Positions 8,889 to 18,518 of a stretch of 64,000 nucleotides of DNA are shown here, one piece after another. Each line of letters starts with the position of its first letter. Position 1 is the stretch's first letter. The stretch lies in sequence record NC_049850.1, one strand, 5' to 3'. The position numbers and the translations under genes were made by a program. The notes beneath the pieces were generated by a model. It saw only the letters and a list, made by a program, of their open reading frames with translations. It was not told the DNA's origin and made no database searches.

Positions 8889-9272
8889 CCGTTCCCAGTC
8901 ACGCTTCGTCGGGGACCACGTGTAGCTATTGTCGTCGCCCGATGCGTAGAAATCGAGAGCGCGCAGCGCGCCCGCGCCGTAGCCAGCGTTCGTGAACGAC
9001 TGTGCGAATGTAGCGCCACCCAAGATGACCTTGCGGTGACCGTCGAGCCAGTACAGCGTGTACTGGGACGGGTAGTCGGAGGATTCCGGCGTCGCCATGT
9101 TCAGGATCGACACGTCACTGATGACGTTGGCTTCGGCGTATGCTTCGGCCTCTTCGTAGCTGTCGAAGGGCATCGCGTCTGCAATGTCTAGCGTGTGGCT
9201 GTGGTGGGATTGGAAGCCCTCCGGGTACGTGACGAATCCGAGGCTTGCTTCGTAGAGGTAGTGAGTGGTCAT
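8871..9272 (-). CDS. hypothetical protein
   Basis: 133-aa ORF with AGGAG RBS. Confidence 0.8.
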   Translation of the reverse strand: MTTHYLYEASLGFVTYPEGFQSHHSHTLDIADAMPFDSYEEAEAYAEANVISDVSILNMATPESSDYPSQYTLYWLDGHRKVILGGATFAQSFTNAGYGAGALRALDFYASGDDNSYTWSPTKRDWERLTHSD

Positions 9273-9302
9273 GGCTGCTCCTGTTAAGTTGTCGATGTGA
9301 GA

Positions 9303-9331
9303 ACTATACAGGTCGATTTAATTCAAGGCAA
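9303..9331 (-). promoter_or_regulatory. sigma70-like promoter
   Basis: TTGCCT-N17-TATAGT with extended TG. Confidence 0.7.
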
Positions 9332-9341
9332 GCAAAAAATG

Positions 9342-9366
9342 AAAAACCCCGCACTGGGCGGGGTTC
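9342..9366 (-). terminator. intrinsic terminator
   Basis: AACCCCGC-actgg-GCGGGGTT, with TTTTTC on the minus strand. Confidence 0.75.
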
Positions 9367-9373
9367 AGATGGT

Positions 9374-9550
9374 TTAGGCGACGGCCTCGACCATGCGGCG
9401 GTTCAGGAAAAGCGGCTGCTCCTTGCCCACGAACTGTACGGACACGTAGCTGGGTGGGGCCGAATCGTCTTGGAGGATCACGCCAACCTTGTGTTCCGGA
9501 AACGATTCTGCTGCTGCACCCACCAACTTCACTTGATCACCAACTTTCAT
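9374..9550 (-). CDS. small SH3-like hypothetical protein (58 aa; not in the ORF track)
   Basis: MKVGDQVKLVG...VEAVA; ATG 9550, TAA 9374. Confidence 0.7.
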   Translation of the reverse strand: MKVGDQVKLVGAAAESFPEHKVGVILQDDSAPPSYVSVQFVGKEQPLFLNRRMVEAVA

Positions 9551-9552
9551 GA

Positions 9553-9915
9553 TTATTGCCTTTCTAAAACAGAGTTGAACGAGCAGGCAAGGTACGCGAG
9601 CAGCAGTGACCCAATCATGGCAAGCACATGGGCACCTGCGTACACAAGGTATCCGATGTCAAGGGCTATGAGCCCAACGAGTATCAGAAACACCCCGACG
9701 TTCCACGGGTGACGAAGCTCACGCCTTTCTTCATCTGGTAGATGCCGAAAACCAACGCCCAAAAAGAACGAGGCAGTACCGTCGACGAAGAACAGGGCAA
9801 ACAGAAAAATCCAGTAGCCCCATTGGAGGTGTGCGGAGATCGCACACGCGGTCAGCAGCAGCCGGGTAGCCGCGAAGCTGAACCTCTTCACCCACCATCC
9901 TACAAACGACCGCAT
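9553..9915 (-). CDS. membrane protein
   Basis: Several hydrophobic segments; GGAG RBS before ATG 9915. Confidence 0.7.
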   Translation of the reverse strand: MRSFVGWWVKRFSFAATRLLLTACAISAHLQWGYWIFLFALFFVDGTASFFLGVGFRHLPDEERRELRHPWNVGVFLILVGLIALDIGYLVYAGAHVLAMIGSLLLAYLACSFNSVLERQ

Positions 9916-10125
9916 AAACCAACTCCATAGCTGAGTTTCGATCACATGGCTCGGACCGAGCCCGCGACTTAGAGGGGTGGAGCCCTCCACCCTCTATTTA
10001 CTGCAACGTCAACGAGTCCCGCCATGGTGGGGCCGGTTGACGCGATTTTGACACTTATTACAGCAAACATGTGGGAAAAACAGATTCCCAATTTTATTTT
10101 ACACTAAACCTCCATGGAGAAAGTT

Positions 10126-11031
10126 ATGGGAACGTCAAAATGGGACGCCGCTTCTATAGCGGCCGAAGCAAAGCACTACACACAACCGACAGAATTCCGT
10201 CGAGGGTCCCATGGCGCGTACGTAGCGGCTCAGCGCCTAGGGATACTGGACGAGGTGTGCAAACACATGACGTTCAGACGCAAGCTCACGAAGGAGCACG
10301 TACTGAATGTCGCGCGTTCATACAAAACCCGCGTGGACTTTGCGCGCGGTGCAGAATCGGAATACGGGACCGCTCGAAAGAACGGATACCTAGATGAAGC
10401 GTGTGCACACATGCAACGAAAACTCAAGTGGACCGAATCCAGTGTAGCAGCAGAGGCCGCAAAGTACACGAAGCGCTATGACTTTGAACTCGGCAGTCCG
10501 AACGCCTACAGCGCAGCCAAACGACTTGGCATCTATGATCAAGTATGTAGCCATATGGAATACAGCAAGCGGCATAGACTGACGCTCACGGAGATTCGCA
10601 AAATAGCAAAAACGTACAAGACGCGCAAGGAATTCCAGACCGGTGACACCAGCGCGTATAACTGCGCAATCCGCAACGAGTGGCTTGATTCCGTGTGCGC
10701 CCATATGGAACGCGGGGCTACCGGCTTCAACAATGACAAGCCCGGCACACTATACCAGATACTTCTCACGACTCCTACGGGCACGCGTCTATGGAAGATA
10801 GGCATTACGAACGGTCCCGTCACCAAACGGCTTGCTTCAATGGGCGTTCCACGGAACGTACACGCCGAAGTTGTGTGCACCGTGCATTTCCAAAACGGCA
10901 AGGAAGCACGACAACTAGAAACAAAGCTGCACGCACGAGGAAAGCGTCGCGGAGTGCACTACCAAGGCGAGCCCATCCTACGCAGCGGCAACACAGAATT
11001 GTTCCTGAAGCCGCTGATTAAACTCACGTGA
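10126..11031 (+). mobile_element. free-standing homing endonuclease: four ~47-aa N-terminal repeats plus a C-terminal GIY-YIG-like (T5orf172-type) domain
   Basis: Opposite strand to neighbours, lower GC; repeats A..Y....F..G...Y..A...G.LD..C.HM; LYQI...WKIGIT...E..LH...GNTELF. Confidence 0.7.
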
Positions 11032-11623
11032 GGTTGTGGTGATCGGTAACCTCGTTGTTGCCGATCAATTCCTTGATCTCACGGAAGGAGAACGGACGAT
11101 ACTCACCCAGCACCTTGATGGAATTGTCCCAACCAATGTCAAAGATGCGGCGTTTGCTTAGCTCGGCCATCGATTCACCGTAACCGCTACCGTGCAGATG
11201 ACCATGCAGCATCCACGATCCATGCTTCGCTTTATTCCAAGCAAGTTCGGGGTGGTGGTTGAGCACAATGTTCACGCCGTCGTGCTTGATGTACAGGCGA
11301 TGCTCGTGCACTTCCTTGAACAAACCGGACGATTTGTAGAAATCGACCAAACGGTCGTCGTGATTGCCACAGATCAGGAATTTGTTCGGTGTTTCGATCC
11401 GTTCGATCAAAGCTGCTGCTTCCCACTTGGAACCGAACGCAATGTCGCCGCCGAAGTAGATGACGCCACGCGGACCTACCGTCTCGTTGATACGGGACAC
11501 GATCCACTGGTTGTGGCTGGGCATGTCGCTGAACAGGATACCGCGACGCGTGTACTGGAGAATCGCGTTGTGGTTGAAATGCAGGTCTGCCGTGAACCAC
11601 GGCCCGTTGTCTTTTTGTGTCAT
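11024..11623 (-). CDS. calcineurin-like metallophosphoesterase
   Basis: TADLHFNH, FGGD, CGNHD, LHGHLH motifs. Confidence 0.9.
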   Translation of the reverse strand: MTQKDNGPWFTADLHFNHNAILQYTRRGILFSDMPSHNQWIVSRINETVGPRGVIYFGGDIAFGSKWEAAALIERIETPNKFLICGNHDDRLVDFYKSSGLFKEVHEHRLYIKHDGVNIVLNHHPELAWNKAKHGSWMLHGHLHGSGYGESMAELSKRRIFDIGWDNSIKVLGEYRPFSFREIKELIGNNEVTDHHNLT

Positions 11624-11659
11624 GTTGCCTCCTTATTCAAGGTATTGCAGTTTAATCAG

Positions 11660-12088
11660 TCACACGCGCTCGCGCAATCCTTTCTCCCAATTGCACGGGC
11701 CGCACATGGTCGTCATGTTATGTTGCGCATCGGCCCCGCCATTAGCACGACTCACCGTGTGATCGTGCGTGAAGATCACTTCTTCACCGTCACGAAAGCC
11801 CCACATGTTCATGTGGAACGGACCATCCGAGCCTTTCTTGGTGGCCGTGCGCTCGACCGCGAAATGGGTGGCTTCCAGACCGCATGACGAGCACGTGGTG
11901 CCATGGTTGGCGAAGCAGCGCAGACGCTTGCTGGTCGTGTGGACCTCCAGACCGGGGGCGACTTCAGTGCGGCGCTCTTTCTCCCGCAACTTCATGTCAG
12001 CGACGATGGCACGGAGGCCGGTGCCCAGTTCGAGAGTGGCGATACGTTCGTAGTTGCCGCAGCGATTGCTGATTTTCGAGATTTGCAT
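11660..12088 (-). CDS. HNH endonuclease
   Basis: CSSC...THDHTVSRANGG...NMTTMCGPCNWEKG. Confidence 0.85.
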   Translation of the reverse strand: MQISKISNRCGNYERIATLELGTGLRAIVADMKLREKERRTEVAPGLEVHTTSKRLRCFANHGTTCSSCGLEATHFAVERTATKKGSDGPFHMNMWGFRDGEEVIFTHDHTVSRANGGADAQHNMTTMCGPCNWEKGLRERV

Positions 12089-12122
12089 TTTGGGCCTCCA
12101 TAAATTCGATGACCCAAAGTAT

Positions 12123-12154
12123 AAAGGGGCTGACAGTTTCCCGTCAACCCCTTT
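12123..12154. terminator. probable terminator
   Basis: AAAGGGG.TGAC...GTCA.CCCCTTT hairpin. Confidence 0.55.
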
Positions 12155-12158
12155 CACA

Positions 12159-12524
12159 TCACAGGTACGCGATCCGGATTCGGAGCACGAGGCGAACCGC
12201 CAAGTCGAAGATCACGGTCGCTGCCGCGATCTCGGGGTGGCTCCCGAACTGTACCAGTGTCGCGACGGCAACGGCCTGCGCAATCAACTGGAGAAGCATC
12301 CAAGCCTGCTCGTCGCGGCTGTTCTCGTAGCCATCAACATCGTGCTTCAGGTTATACGGGAACGTGAAGAACGCGTAGAACAGGGTGAGCGCCGGATAGC
12401 CGAACCCCACGATCAGGTACGCGACCTCCACCATATGAGCGGCCGGGAGACCGAAGCCCACGACGTAGGCGATGAAGAACGCGAATGCGATGAACGCGGC
12501 GCGGAACGTGTCTTTCGTCAGCAT
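12159..12524 (-). CDS. membrane protein
   Basis: 121 aa, hydrophobic helices. Confidence 0.75.
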   Translation of the reverse strand: MLTKDTFRAAFIAFAFFIAYVVGFGLPAAHMVEVAYLIVGFGYPALTLFYAFFTFPYNLKHDVDGYENSRDEQAWMLLQLIAQAVAVATLVQFGSHPEIAAATVIFDLAVRLVLRIRIAYL

Positions 12525-12526
12525 AG

Positions 12527-12997
12527 TTACTCCTTGGTCGGGACAGCAGCCAGCGCAGTGCGCACCAGCGCGCTTGCCTGACGGCCATCGAACTTGCCGG
12601 TGTGGTTCGTGTTCAGAAACCCCATCAGCGAGCCGATATCGGCCCTGACGCCGGAATCCAGCGCGCCCTTGATCGCGGTCACGATTTCCGTCTGGCTCAT
12701 CTGTGCCGGGGCGTAGCGTTCGAGGACGATGCGCTCCTGAGCCAGTGTCGTGAGTTGGGCTGCACGCTCTGCGGTCAGGCCGTGCAGGTCGGCACCGATG
12801 GCTTCGCTCGTTTCCTTGTTGCGGTCCATGAACTTCTTGACCAGCGCTACGGTCTCGGCGTCCGTTGTCTGCTCACGCTGCTTGTTCTTGGCGATGGTAC
12901 TGGCTTCGCCCAGCAGCGTGGTCAGCAGCGTCGCTTCCACCGTGTTCTTGGCCTTGCGAGCCGCCACTTGGTCCTGCTTGATTTGTTCGATGAGCAT
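12527..12997 (-). CDS. GatB/YqeY domain protein
   Basis: IKQDQVAARKAK...TLLGE...LERYAPAQMS...IGSLMG...DGRQ. Confidence 0.85.
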   Translation of the reverse strand: MLIEQIKQDQVAARKAKNTVEATLLTTLLGEASTIAKNKQREQTTDAETVALVKKFMDRNKETSEAIGADLHGLTAERAAQLTTLAQERIVLERYAPAQMSQTEIVTAIKGALDSGVRADIGSLMGFLNTNHTGKFDGRQASALVRTALAAVPTKE

Positions 12998-13007
12998 GTT
13001 TTCTCCT

Positions 13008-14234
13008 TTAGCCCTTGATACACATGACTTGCTTGAGGGTGGCCACAACGTCGACCAGTTCCGACTGCGCTTCCATCACCGTGTCGATGTCCTTGTAGGC
13101 ACCCGGGATTTCGTCCAGAACACCACCGTCCTTACGGCACTCGACGCCCTTGGTTTGTTCCGCGAGGTCTTGCTCCGTGAACACCTTCTTGGCCTTCGTG
13201 CGGCTGAACTTGCGACCTGCGCCGTGCGAACACGAACAGTAGGCCGCCGTATGGCCCTTGCCACACACGATGAACGACTTCGCGCCCATCGAGCCCGGGA
13301 TGATCCCGAGTTGGCCCTTCTGGGCCGACACGGCACCCTTACGCGTCACCAGCATCGAACGGCCGTCGTGCACTTCTTGCGACAGGTAATTGTGGTGGCA
13401 GTTGATCGCCTGATCGACGAGCGTGAACGCCGGGAGCTTGCGGCGCAGTGCACGCAACGTCAACAGCAGCATGAAGTCGCGGTTGAGTCGTGCGTATTCC
13501 TGCGCCCACGACATGCCTTCCACGTACTCGTCGAACTCGGGCGTCCCGGCCTCGAACCACGCGAGGTCCTTGTCGGCCAGTTGCATGCCCTTGATCGAGG
13601 CATTGCGGGCAGCGAGTTCCGTCGAGATTTTCCCGATGATGTTGCCGATCCCGCGCGACCCCGAGTGCAGCATCACCCACACGTTCTGCTCGGTGTCGAC
13701 GCACAGTTCGATGAAGTGGTTGCCGTTGCCGAGCGTGCCCATCTGCTTTGGAAGCTTGGCCTCGTCGAACTTGCTGCCGATGCGCTGACGCACCTTCAGG
13801 CCGTCGAATCGCGCGAACAGGGCGTCGCGTGCTGCTTCCAGCGCACGACCCTCGTTCCCTTCGTGGAAGAAGCGGACTTCGCGCTTGTGCGTGTCGAAGC
13901 CGACCGGGACATCGCGCTCGATTTGAAGGCGCACGTCCCGGAGCGAGTCCGGAAGTTGGTGAGCCTTGAGCGAGGTCTTGACCGCACACATGCCGCAGCC
14001 GATGTCGACGCCTACCGCAGCCGGGATCACAGCCGCGTTCAGCGGGATCACGGAGCCGACAGTGGCACCGAGGCCAAAGTGCACGTCGGGCATGACGGCC
14101 ATCGGACCTGCCAAGATCGGTAGGTTCGTGATGTTCTGAATCTGCTTCAGCGCCTCCTGCTCGACTTCCATTTCACCGGTCCAGAAGCGGGCCTTACCGC
14201 CCATCATTTGGCCGTACAGTTCGTTCTGTTGCAT
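13008..14234 (-). CDS. rtcB: RtcB RNA ligase (3'-P/2',3'-cyclic-P to 5'-OH)
   Basis: MPDVHFG, GVDIGCG, GTLGNGNHFIE, LHSGSRG, HHNY, TRKGA, SHGAGR, DEIPGAYK. Confidence 0.96.
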   Translation of the reverse strand: MQQNELYGQMMGGKARFWTGEMEVEQEALKQIQNITNLPILAGPMAVMPDVHFGLGATVGSVIPLNAAVIPAAVGVDIGCGMCAVKTSLKAHQLPDSLRDVRLQIERDVPVGFDTHKREVRFFHEGNEGRALEAARDALFARFDGLKVRQRIGSKFDEAKLPKQMGTLGNGNHFIELCVDTEQNVWVMLHSGSRGIGNIIGKISTELAARNASIKGMQLADKDLAWFEAGTPEFDEYVEGMSWAQEYARLNRDFMLLLTLRALRRKLPAFTLVDQAINCHHNYLSQEVHDGRSMLVTRKGAVSAQKGQLGIIPGSMGAKSFIVCGKGHTAAYCSCSHGAGRKFSRTKAKKVFTEQDLAEQTKGVECRKDGGVLDEIPGAYKDIDTVMEAQSELVDVVATLKQVMCIKG

Positions 14235-14244
14235 ACTTCCCTCC

Positions 14245-14706
14245 TTACGAGTCTTGTTCGATTGCGCCCGAATACGCGTTCCGGACACCGATGCAGCGTG
14301 CGATGGCCGCCATGTCGTTACCCCAGTACTTCCCGTGGTCGATCATGTCGATCATGGGGTTCGTGGACCAGAAGATCGACGAGCACTTGTGGGGCTCACG
14401 GTTGACCGGAGCCTCACGGTCGATGACTGCTGCGTAGTACAGCATGATAAGGCCATCGCCCGAGATATGCGTGTCCGACGCGAAGTGCATGGCCATCAGG
14501 TCGGTGGCCCGTAGCTCAACGCCCACTTCCTCACGCACTTCGCGTATGATCGCGTCCTTCGGGTCTTCACCGTCCTCGATCACACCGCCCGGCAGCACGA
14601 AGAAATCGGAGCCCGGTTCCTTGATGCGGTGCTGTAGCAGCACGTCGCCAGTGGCGCGGTCGATCAGGACACAGGCTGCGCCCGCGATGTGCTTCGGAAT
14701 GGTCAT
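14245..14706 (-). CDS. Nudix hydrolase
   Basis: LPGGVIEDGEDPKDAIIREVREEVG. Confidence 0.9.
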   Translation of the reverse strand: MTIPKHIAGAACVLIDRATGDVLLQHRIKEPGSDFFVLPGGVIEDGEDPKDAIIREVREEVGVELRATDLMAMHFASDTHISGDGLIMLYYAAVIDREAPVNREPHKCSSIFWSTNPMIDMIDHGKYWGNDMAAIARCIGVRNAYSGAIEQDS

Positions 14707-15014
14707 GGTTTCTCCTTGAGAGTTCCGGAGAATCGCCACGAGAACCGTGCGGCCTCGAAGCGATCCCGAAAGTAAAAGACAGGGCTGAGTCGGTTACCGT
14801 CCTTGCCGCGCCCGTGTGCAAAGCACCACGCGTACTGCTTGAACCCCGACTGACGAACGAATGATAACGCGTCATCCAGCCACACGTCAATCACTAAATG
14901 CTCGTCATGAACACGAGGAAACACGACGGAGTACCAGCCATGTGCGTCGACGTAATCGAAATCGATGGCACGAGGCTCGAACGGATTCCAAGCTTTAGGC
15001 GGTGCCATTACCAT
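14703..15014 (-). CDS. hypothetical protein
   Basis: 103 aa, coupled ORF. Confidence 0.7.
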   Translation of the reverse strand: MVMAPPKAWNPFEPRAIDFDYVDAHGWYSVVFPRVHDEHLVIDVWLDDALSFVRQSGFKQYAWCFAHGRGKDGNRLSPVFYFRDRFEAARFSWRFSGTLKEKP

Positions 15015-15255
15015 CCTCCTTCAGAACTTGATGCGGAAGCACGATCTTGATTCGTGTCTTGTGGGCCTTGGCCATGCATTTCATGATGCCCTGCATAGCT
15101 TTCTTGCGGAGCGTAGTCTGGGCCACCAGCGTCGGGGGCTCGGCCTCGGGATGCGTGCGTTCGTATTCGAGCGCCTGTGCCACGATCCGCGAGTCCTCGG
15201 TGAACCTCTGCTTTGTCATACGCGTGACGGTTGCCATGTACATGTGGATAGCCAT
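14995..15255 (-). CDS. hypothetical protein
   Basis: 86 aa, TAATG coupling. Confidence 0.65.
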   Translation of the reverse strand: MAIHMYMATVTRMTKQRFTEDSRIVAQALEYERTHPEAEPPTLVAQTTLRKKAMQGIMKCMAKAHKTRIKIVLPHQVLKEDGNGTA

Positions 15256-15515
15256 TATTCGGATATCCCACCGCCGATAAAGCGAACATGGATGTGGTTG
15301 CCGGGAAGCCACAGCACGTGGTATCCGGTGGCACGCAACGCGGCTTCTACCTCTCCGCGATCTTGCGCAGTGTCTGCTGGTATGACGACATCGACGCTGT
15401 TAGCGTAATGCGGGCTGTCATACAGCGCCTTCTCGATTGCCCGTTCGATGATACGGAGCGACCGGGTGACCGTGCTCGTCTCCATGATCTCGCGTGCCTC
15501 TCGTGCATGAATCAT
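15255..15515 (-). CDS. hypothetical protein
   Basis: 86 aa, AGGAGG RBS. Confidence 0.75.
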   Translation of the reverse strand: MIHAREAREIMETSTVTRSLRIIERAIEKALYDSPHYANSVDVVIPADTAQDRGEVEAALRATGYHVLWLPGNHIHVRFIGGGISE

Positions 15516-15532
15516 TGAACCTCCTAAACAGA

Positions 15533-15566
15533 AAGAGCCCGAAGTCTATTCGACATACGGGCTCTT
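15533..15566 (-). terminator. terminator
   Basis: AAGAGCCCG...CGGGCTCTT, followed by TCTGTTT on the minus strand. Confidence 0.7.
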
Positions 15567-15571
15567 GTCAA

Positions 15572-15811
15572 TCACGTTCGGTCTTGTTCCCAGACCAAGG
15601 CATCGGCGCGACCCGTGAACACGAGCCACGCACAGCGCAGCCGTTCACACAGGTTGCCGATCAGGCCATAGTGGAACGGCAGCGGACGCGCCGGGCTCCA
15701 GAACACGTAGCCATCGATGCGTCGGATTTCGGCATCGACACGCGGTGCCGTGGGGTCCGTGTCGTCCACGCGCAGGTCGTGTCGATAAACGACTACCGGG
15801 TGTTGGTTCAT
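15572..15811 (-). CDS. hypothetical protein
   Basis: 79 aa, TGATG coupling. Confidence 0.7.
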   Translation of the reverse strand: MNQHPVVVYRHDLRVDDTDPTAPRVDAEIRRIDGYVFWSPARPLPFHYGLIGNLCERLRCAWLVFTGRADALVWEQDRT

Positions 15812-16362
15812 CAGTCCTCTCCTTCGCTTTCCGTGATGCGCACAGGCACCGCTGACGAGTTGTAGTACTCGCGTTCGTACGTGTCGGTGCCGCCCCAACC
15901 ACCGCCCGCTTCGTAGCGCAGCATGATCGGGAGGCCAACGCGCATGTAGCCGTAGCCGTCAACGTCCTCCGGGCGAATCCAACCATACTCGTGTTCGTGT
16001 TCTGCGTCGATGAAGACGCCGATCCAGTCGTGAAAGTGTTCGAACACACCCGCTTCATGGTTGACACCGGAACGCACATGGAGCGTGAAGCCGCCCTCAG
16101 CGTCTTCCTCGATCCGGGTCTTGGCCCCAGCGTAGTACTCGCGGGTGCCCTTCGGCGGATGGTCCTCATTGAACCACGCGACCGCAGCATTGTGGAGCAC
16201 CCACTCACAGCGCTTGTGCTGGAACAACTCGTGCTCCGGCAGCGTGGCAGGCCGCTCCGCGTTCCCCATCATCCAGTCGATGATAGGACGCACGAGCGGC
16301 GCGTCTGCGAACGAGATCGGGATCGTGGCGTAGCAGATGGTGTAGTGACTCACTTGTTGCAC
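15811..16362 (-). CDS. hypothetical protein
   Basis: 183-aa ORF. Confidence 0.75.
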   Translation of the reverse strand: MQQVSHYTICYATIPISFADAPLVRPIIDWMMGNAERPATLPEHELFQHKRCEWVLHNAAVAWFNEDHPPKGTREYYAGAKTRIEEDAEGGFTLHVRSGVNHEAGVFEHFHDWIGVFIDAEHEHEYGWIRPEDVDGYGYMRVGLPIMLRYEAGGGWGGTDTYEREYYNSSAVPVRITESEGED

Positions 16363-16658
16363 TCCAGAACATTGTCGAAGCGCTCCAGCAGATCGCGAAT
16401 GTAATCCTTGGACTGAACCAGCGCGTAAATCACACGGCTGTCCGCGACTTCTTCGGTGAAGTCGTTGATGACCGTTGCGCCGTTGATACGGGCCCCGAGC
16501 AAGTTGCCGAATGCCAGACGGGCCGAGTTCAGGTCTTCGAATTCCTTCAGGTCCACGTTCTCTTCGTCACTCGCGAACTGGAGAGCGATCTCGTGGGCAC
16601 GACAGGCACCTGCGCTGTCGAAGACCTCGTGGTCATCCGATACATACTGCACTTTCAT
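16350..16658 (-). CDS. hypothetical protein
   Basis: 102 aa, GGAGG RBS. Confidence 0.75.
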   Translation of the reverse strand: MKVQYVSDDHEVFDSAGACRAHEIALQFASDEENVDLKEFEDLNSARLAFGNLLGARINGATVINDFTEEVADSRVIYALVQSKDYIRDLLERFDNVLECNK

Positions 16659-16864
16659 CGTTTCTTCCTCCGCGTGCCATAGGCACCTGAAAACTGTTGA
16701 TGGAATGTCTTGCGGCGTATTTCTTCGTCCGCAGATTGACACGCTGCAATTGAGTAGAGAGATTGCGTCACCGCCTTGTTTACGACGCATGTGTCGATGC
16801 CTAGAACACGTCCCAGACCACGAGCCACACCGGGCCCAGCGCCAACCACTACTACCCGCTTCAT
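16655..16864 (-). CDS. hypothetical protein
   Basis: 69 aa, ATGA coupling on both sides. Confidence 0.6.
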   Translation of the reverse strand: MKRVVVVGAGPGVARGLGRVLGIDTCVVNKAVTQSLYSIAACQSADEEIRRKTFHQQFSGAYGTRRKKR

Positions 16865-17082
16865 GCCGGGTCCTTCACGTACTTTGGCGATTTCGGATTG
16901 CAGAGCGGGCACAGGTCCTGCCCCTCGCTCGCGTCGGGCCCGATCTTCCAACCATCACGTCGTGCTGCTGCCTTGCAGCGCGCTACTGTATCTGCATCGA
17001 AGTACTCGTGTGGGAAGTAGTTGTACGGATGCTTGCGTCCCGAATCGCAGTATAGCGCGATAGACGCGCCGCTCGCCATCAC
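16861..17082 (-). CDS. small Zn-binding hypothetical protein
   Basis: YCD...C...GWK...DLCPLC. Confidence 0.7.
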   Translation of the reverse strand: MMASGASIALYCDSGRKHPYNYFPHEYFDADTVARCKAAARRDGWKIGPDASEGQDLCPLCNPKSPKYVKDPA

Positions 17083-17540
17083 GATACCACCTTCGACAGC
17101 AGCTTGATTGCCCTGTCCAGCTTCGAGCCCTCACGGCGACGGCTCGTCATTTCCGTGTGCTGGAGCACGAGGCGCAGTGCGTCGACCTCGACGGTGGTCA
17201 AGATCGTGATGGGGTTGCCCGTGGGCTTGGCCTTCCGGGCGATCTTGGACTTGGAGGAACTGATCCACAGATCGTCGCCCTCGTCATCCAGCTTGGCCTG
17301 ATACTTGATGGCGGCTTCACGAATCTCATCGAGCGTGAAGTCACTCAGCTTCTTCTTCGCCAAACAGGACTCACGGGTTGCCCACGCGTAGCGCAAACTC
17401 ACCTTCGACGACTGCTTGTAGTTGATACCCGGGATCAGGTACTCGGTGATTCCGCGCCCGATCTGGGGACCCGTCAGCCCTTTCAGTGCAGCGTCGAACG
17501 CGTTCATGCGCAGAACTACTTCATCGGTCACATGTTCCAT
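17079..17540 (-). CDS. hypothetical protein
   Basis: 153-aa ORF. Confidence 0.75.
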   Translation of the reverse strand: MEHVTDEVVLRMNAFDAALKGLTGPQIGRGITEYLIPGINYKQSSKVSLRYAWATRESCLAKKKLSDFTLDEIREAAIKYQAKLDDEGDDLWISSSKSKIARKAKPTGNPITILTTVEVDALRLVLQHTEMTSRRREGSKLDRAIKLLSKVVS

Positions 17541-17874
17541 TTTCCCTTTCCTCCCAGATAGCGCGGGCCAGCGCCAGACGGTTACGGCCCATGTCAGTCA
17601 GTCGATACGAGTACACCCACTTCGGGAATCCCATGCTGGAGAACCCGTCACCGATACCCGTGGCATGACGCGTAAGGTAACCCATGCTGCGCGCTTTTGC
17701 AAGGTCTCGTCCGAGACGCGGGCAGTTGTCGGCACCGAAAGGCATCACGTTGAACGGGGCGTCTGTGCGCTCGATGTACTTGTCGACGACATAGCGGTTC
17801 AGGACATCGGCCTCACGCTCGTGATCCACCAAGTCCAGAACCACGTCGATACGATCAGCCAGTGTCATTGCCAT
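17521..17874 (-). CDS. hypothetical protein, possible winged helix
   Basis: LAKARSMGYLTR...YRLTDMG pattern. Confidence 0.7.
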   Translation of the reverse strand: MAMTLADRIDVVLDLVDHEREADVLNRYVVDKYIERTDAPFNVMPFGADNCPRLGRDLAKARSMGYLTRHATGIGDGFSSMGFPKWVYSYRLTDMGRNRLALARAIWEERENGTCDR

Positions 17875-18029
17875 CGCAGCGCCTCTGCCTCGGTATCGGT
17901 GACGGGGATCGCGTCGACCAGATCGTAGGCAACTTCTTTCGCCTCCATCACGTCCATGAATTTGGCCAGCGTGCTACCGACCCACGTACGCCGCTTGCCG
18001 TTGACTCGGTACACAACTTTCAGTTCCAT
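17865..18029 (-). CDS. small hypothetical protein (54 aa; not in the ORF track)
   Basis: MELKVVYRVNGKRR...LRWQ*. Confidence 0.6.
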   Translation of the reverse strand: MELKVVYRVNGKRRTWVGSTLAKFMDVMEAKEVAYDLVDAIPVTDTEAEALRWQ

Positions 18030-18041
18030 ACCAGCAGCCCC

Positions 18042-18257
18042 TTACAGGTGTTGAGCGGCCATGCGGCGCGCAGCCTCACGGATGCTGTTTTCGATGACTA
18101 CGGCCTTAACCTCGCCTTCGAACTGCTCGTGCGCTTGCGCATGGATTGTCTTCGCGTTGATGCCGCAGCGCGCGAGATCGAATGCGAAGGCGACGATGCG
18201 CACGTCGAAGTTGTCGACCTTGGTGTTGGCAATGCTATGCAGCGAGGAAGAGGTCAT
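18042..18257 (-). CDS. hypothetical protein
   Basis: 71 aa, AGGAG RBS. Confidence 0.65.
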   Translation of the reverse strand: MTSSSLHSIANTKVDNFDVRIVAFAFDLARCGINAKTIHAQAHEQFEGEVKAVVIENSIREAARRMAAQHL

Positions 18258-18465
18258 ACTTGGTCTCCTTTTCAAGAACCCTGTAACCGTTGACAAAATA
18301 GTGGGTGGGCGTTCGCGCACCCTTGATCTGGACGATGACACGCACCGACTCGTGCGAACGTGGGCGGTACTCCAGCAAGTGGGCTTCGCGACCGTCGCGG
18401 GTCACGATGCGCGCACCCGTCGAAGCCGCGTCCACGTCAAAAGGCAAAAGCCGAATCGTCATCAC
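18235..18465 (-). CDS. hypothetical protein
   Basis: 76 aa, GGAGG RBS. Confidence 0.7.
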   Translation of the reverse strand: MMTIRLLPFDVDAASTGARIVTRDGREAHLLEYRPRSHESVRVIVQIKGARTPTHYFVNGYRVLEKETKYDLFLAA

Positions 18466-18488
18466 CGACCTCCATAACGAGAGAAGAC

Positions 18489-18517
18489 AGTGTACAACGA
18501 TTCGGCTTCGGGTGCAA
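18489..18517 (-). promoter_or_regulatory. sigma70-like promoter
   Basis: TTGCAC-N17-TACACT with extended TG. Confidence 0.6.
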
Positions 18518-18518
18518 C

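Noticed and set aside
16655-16864. VVVVGAGPG Rossmann-like motif as an oxidoreductase
   Set aside because: The 69-aa ORF is too short for a Rossmann domain
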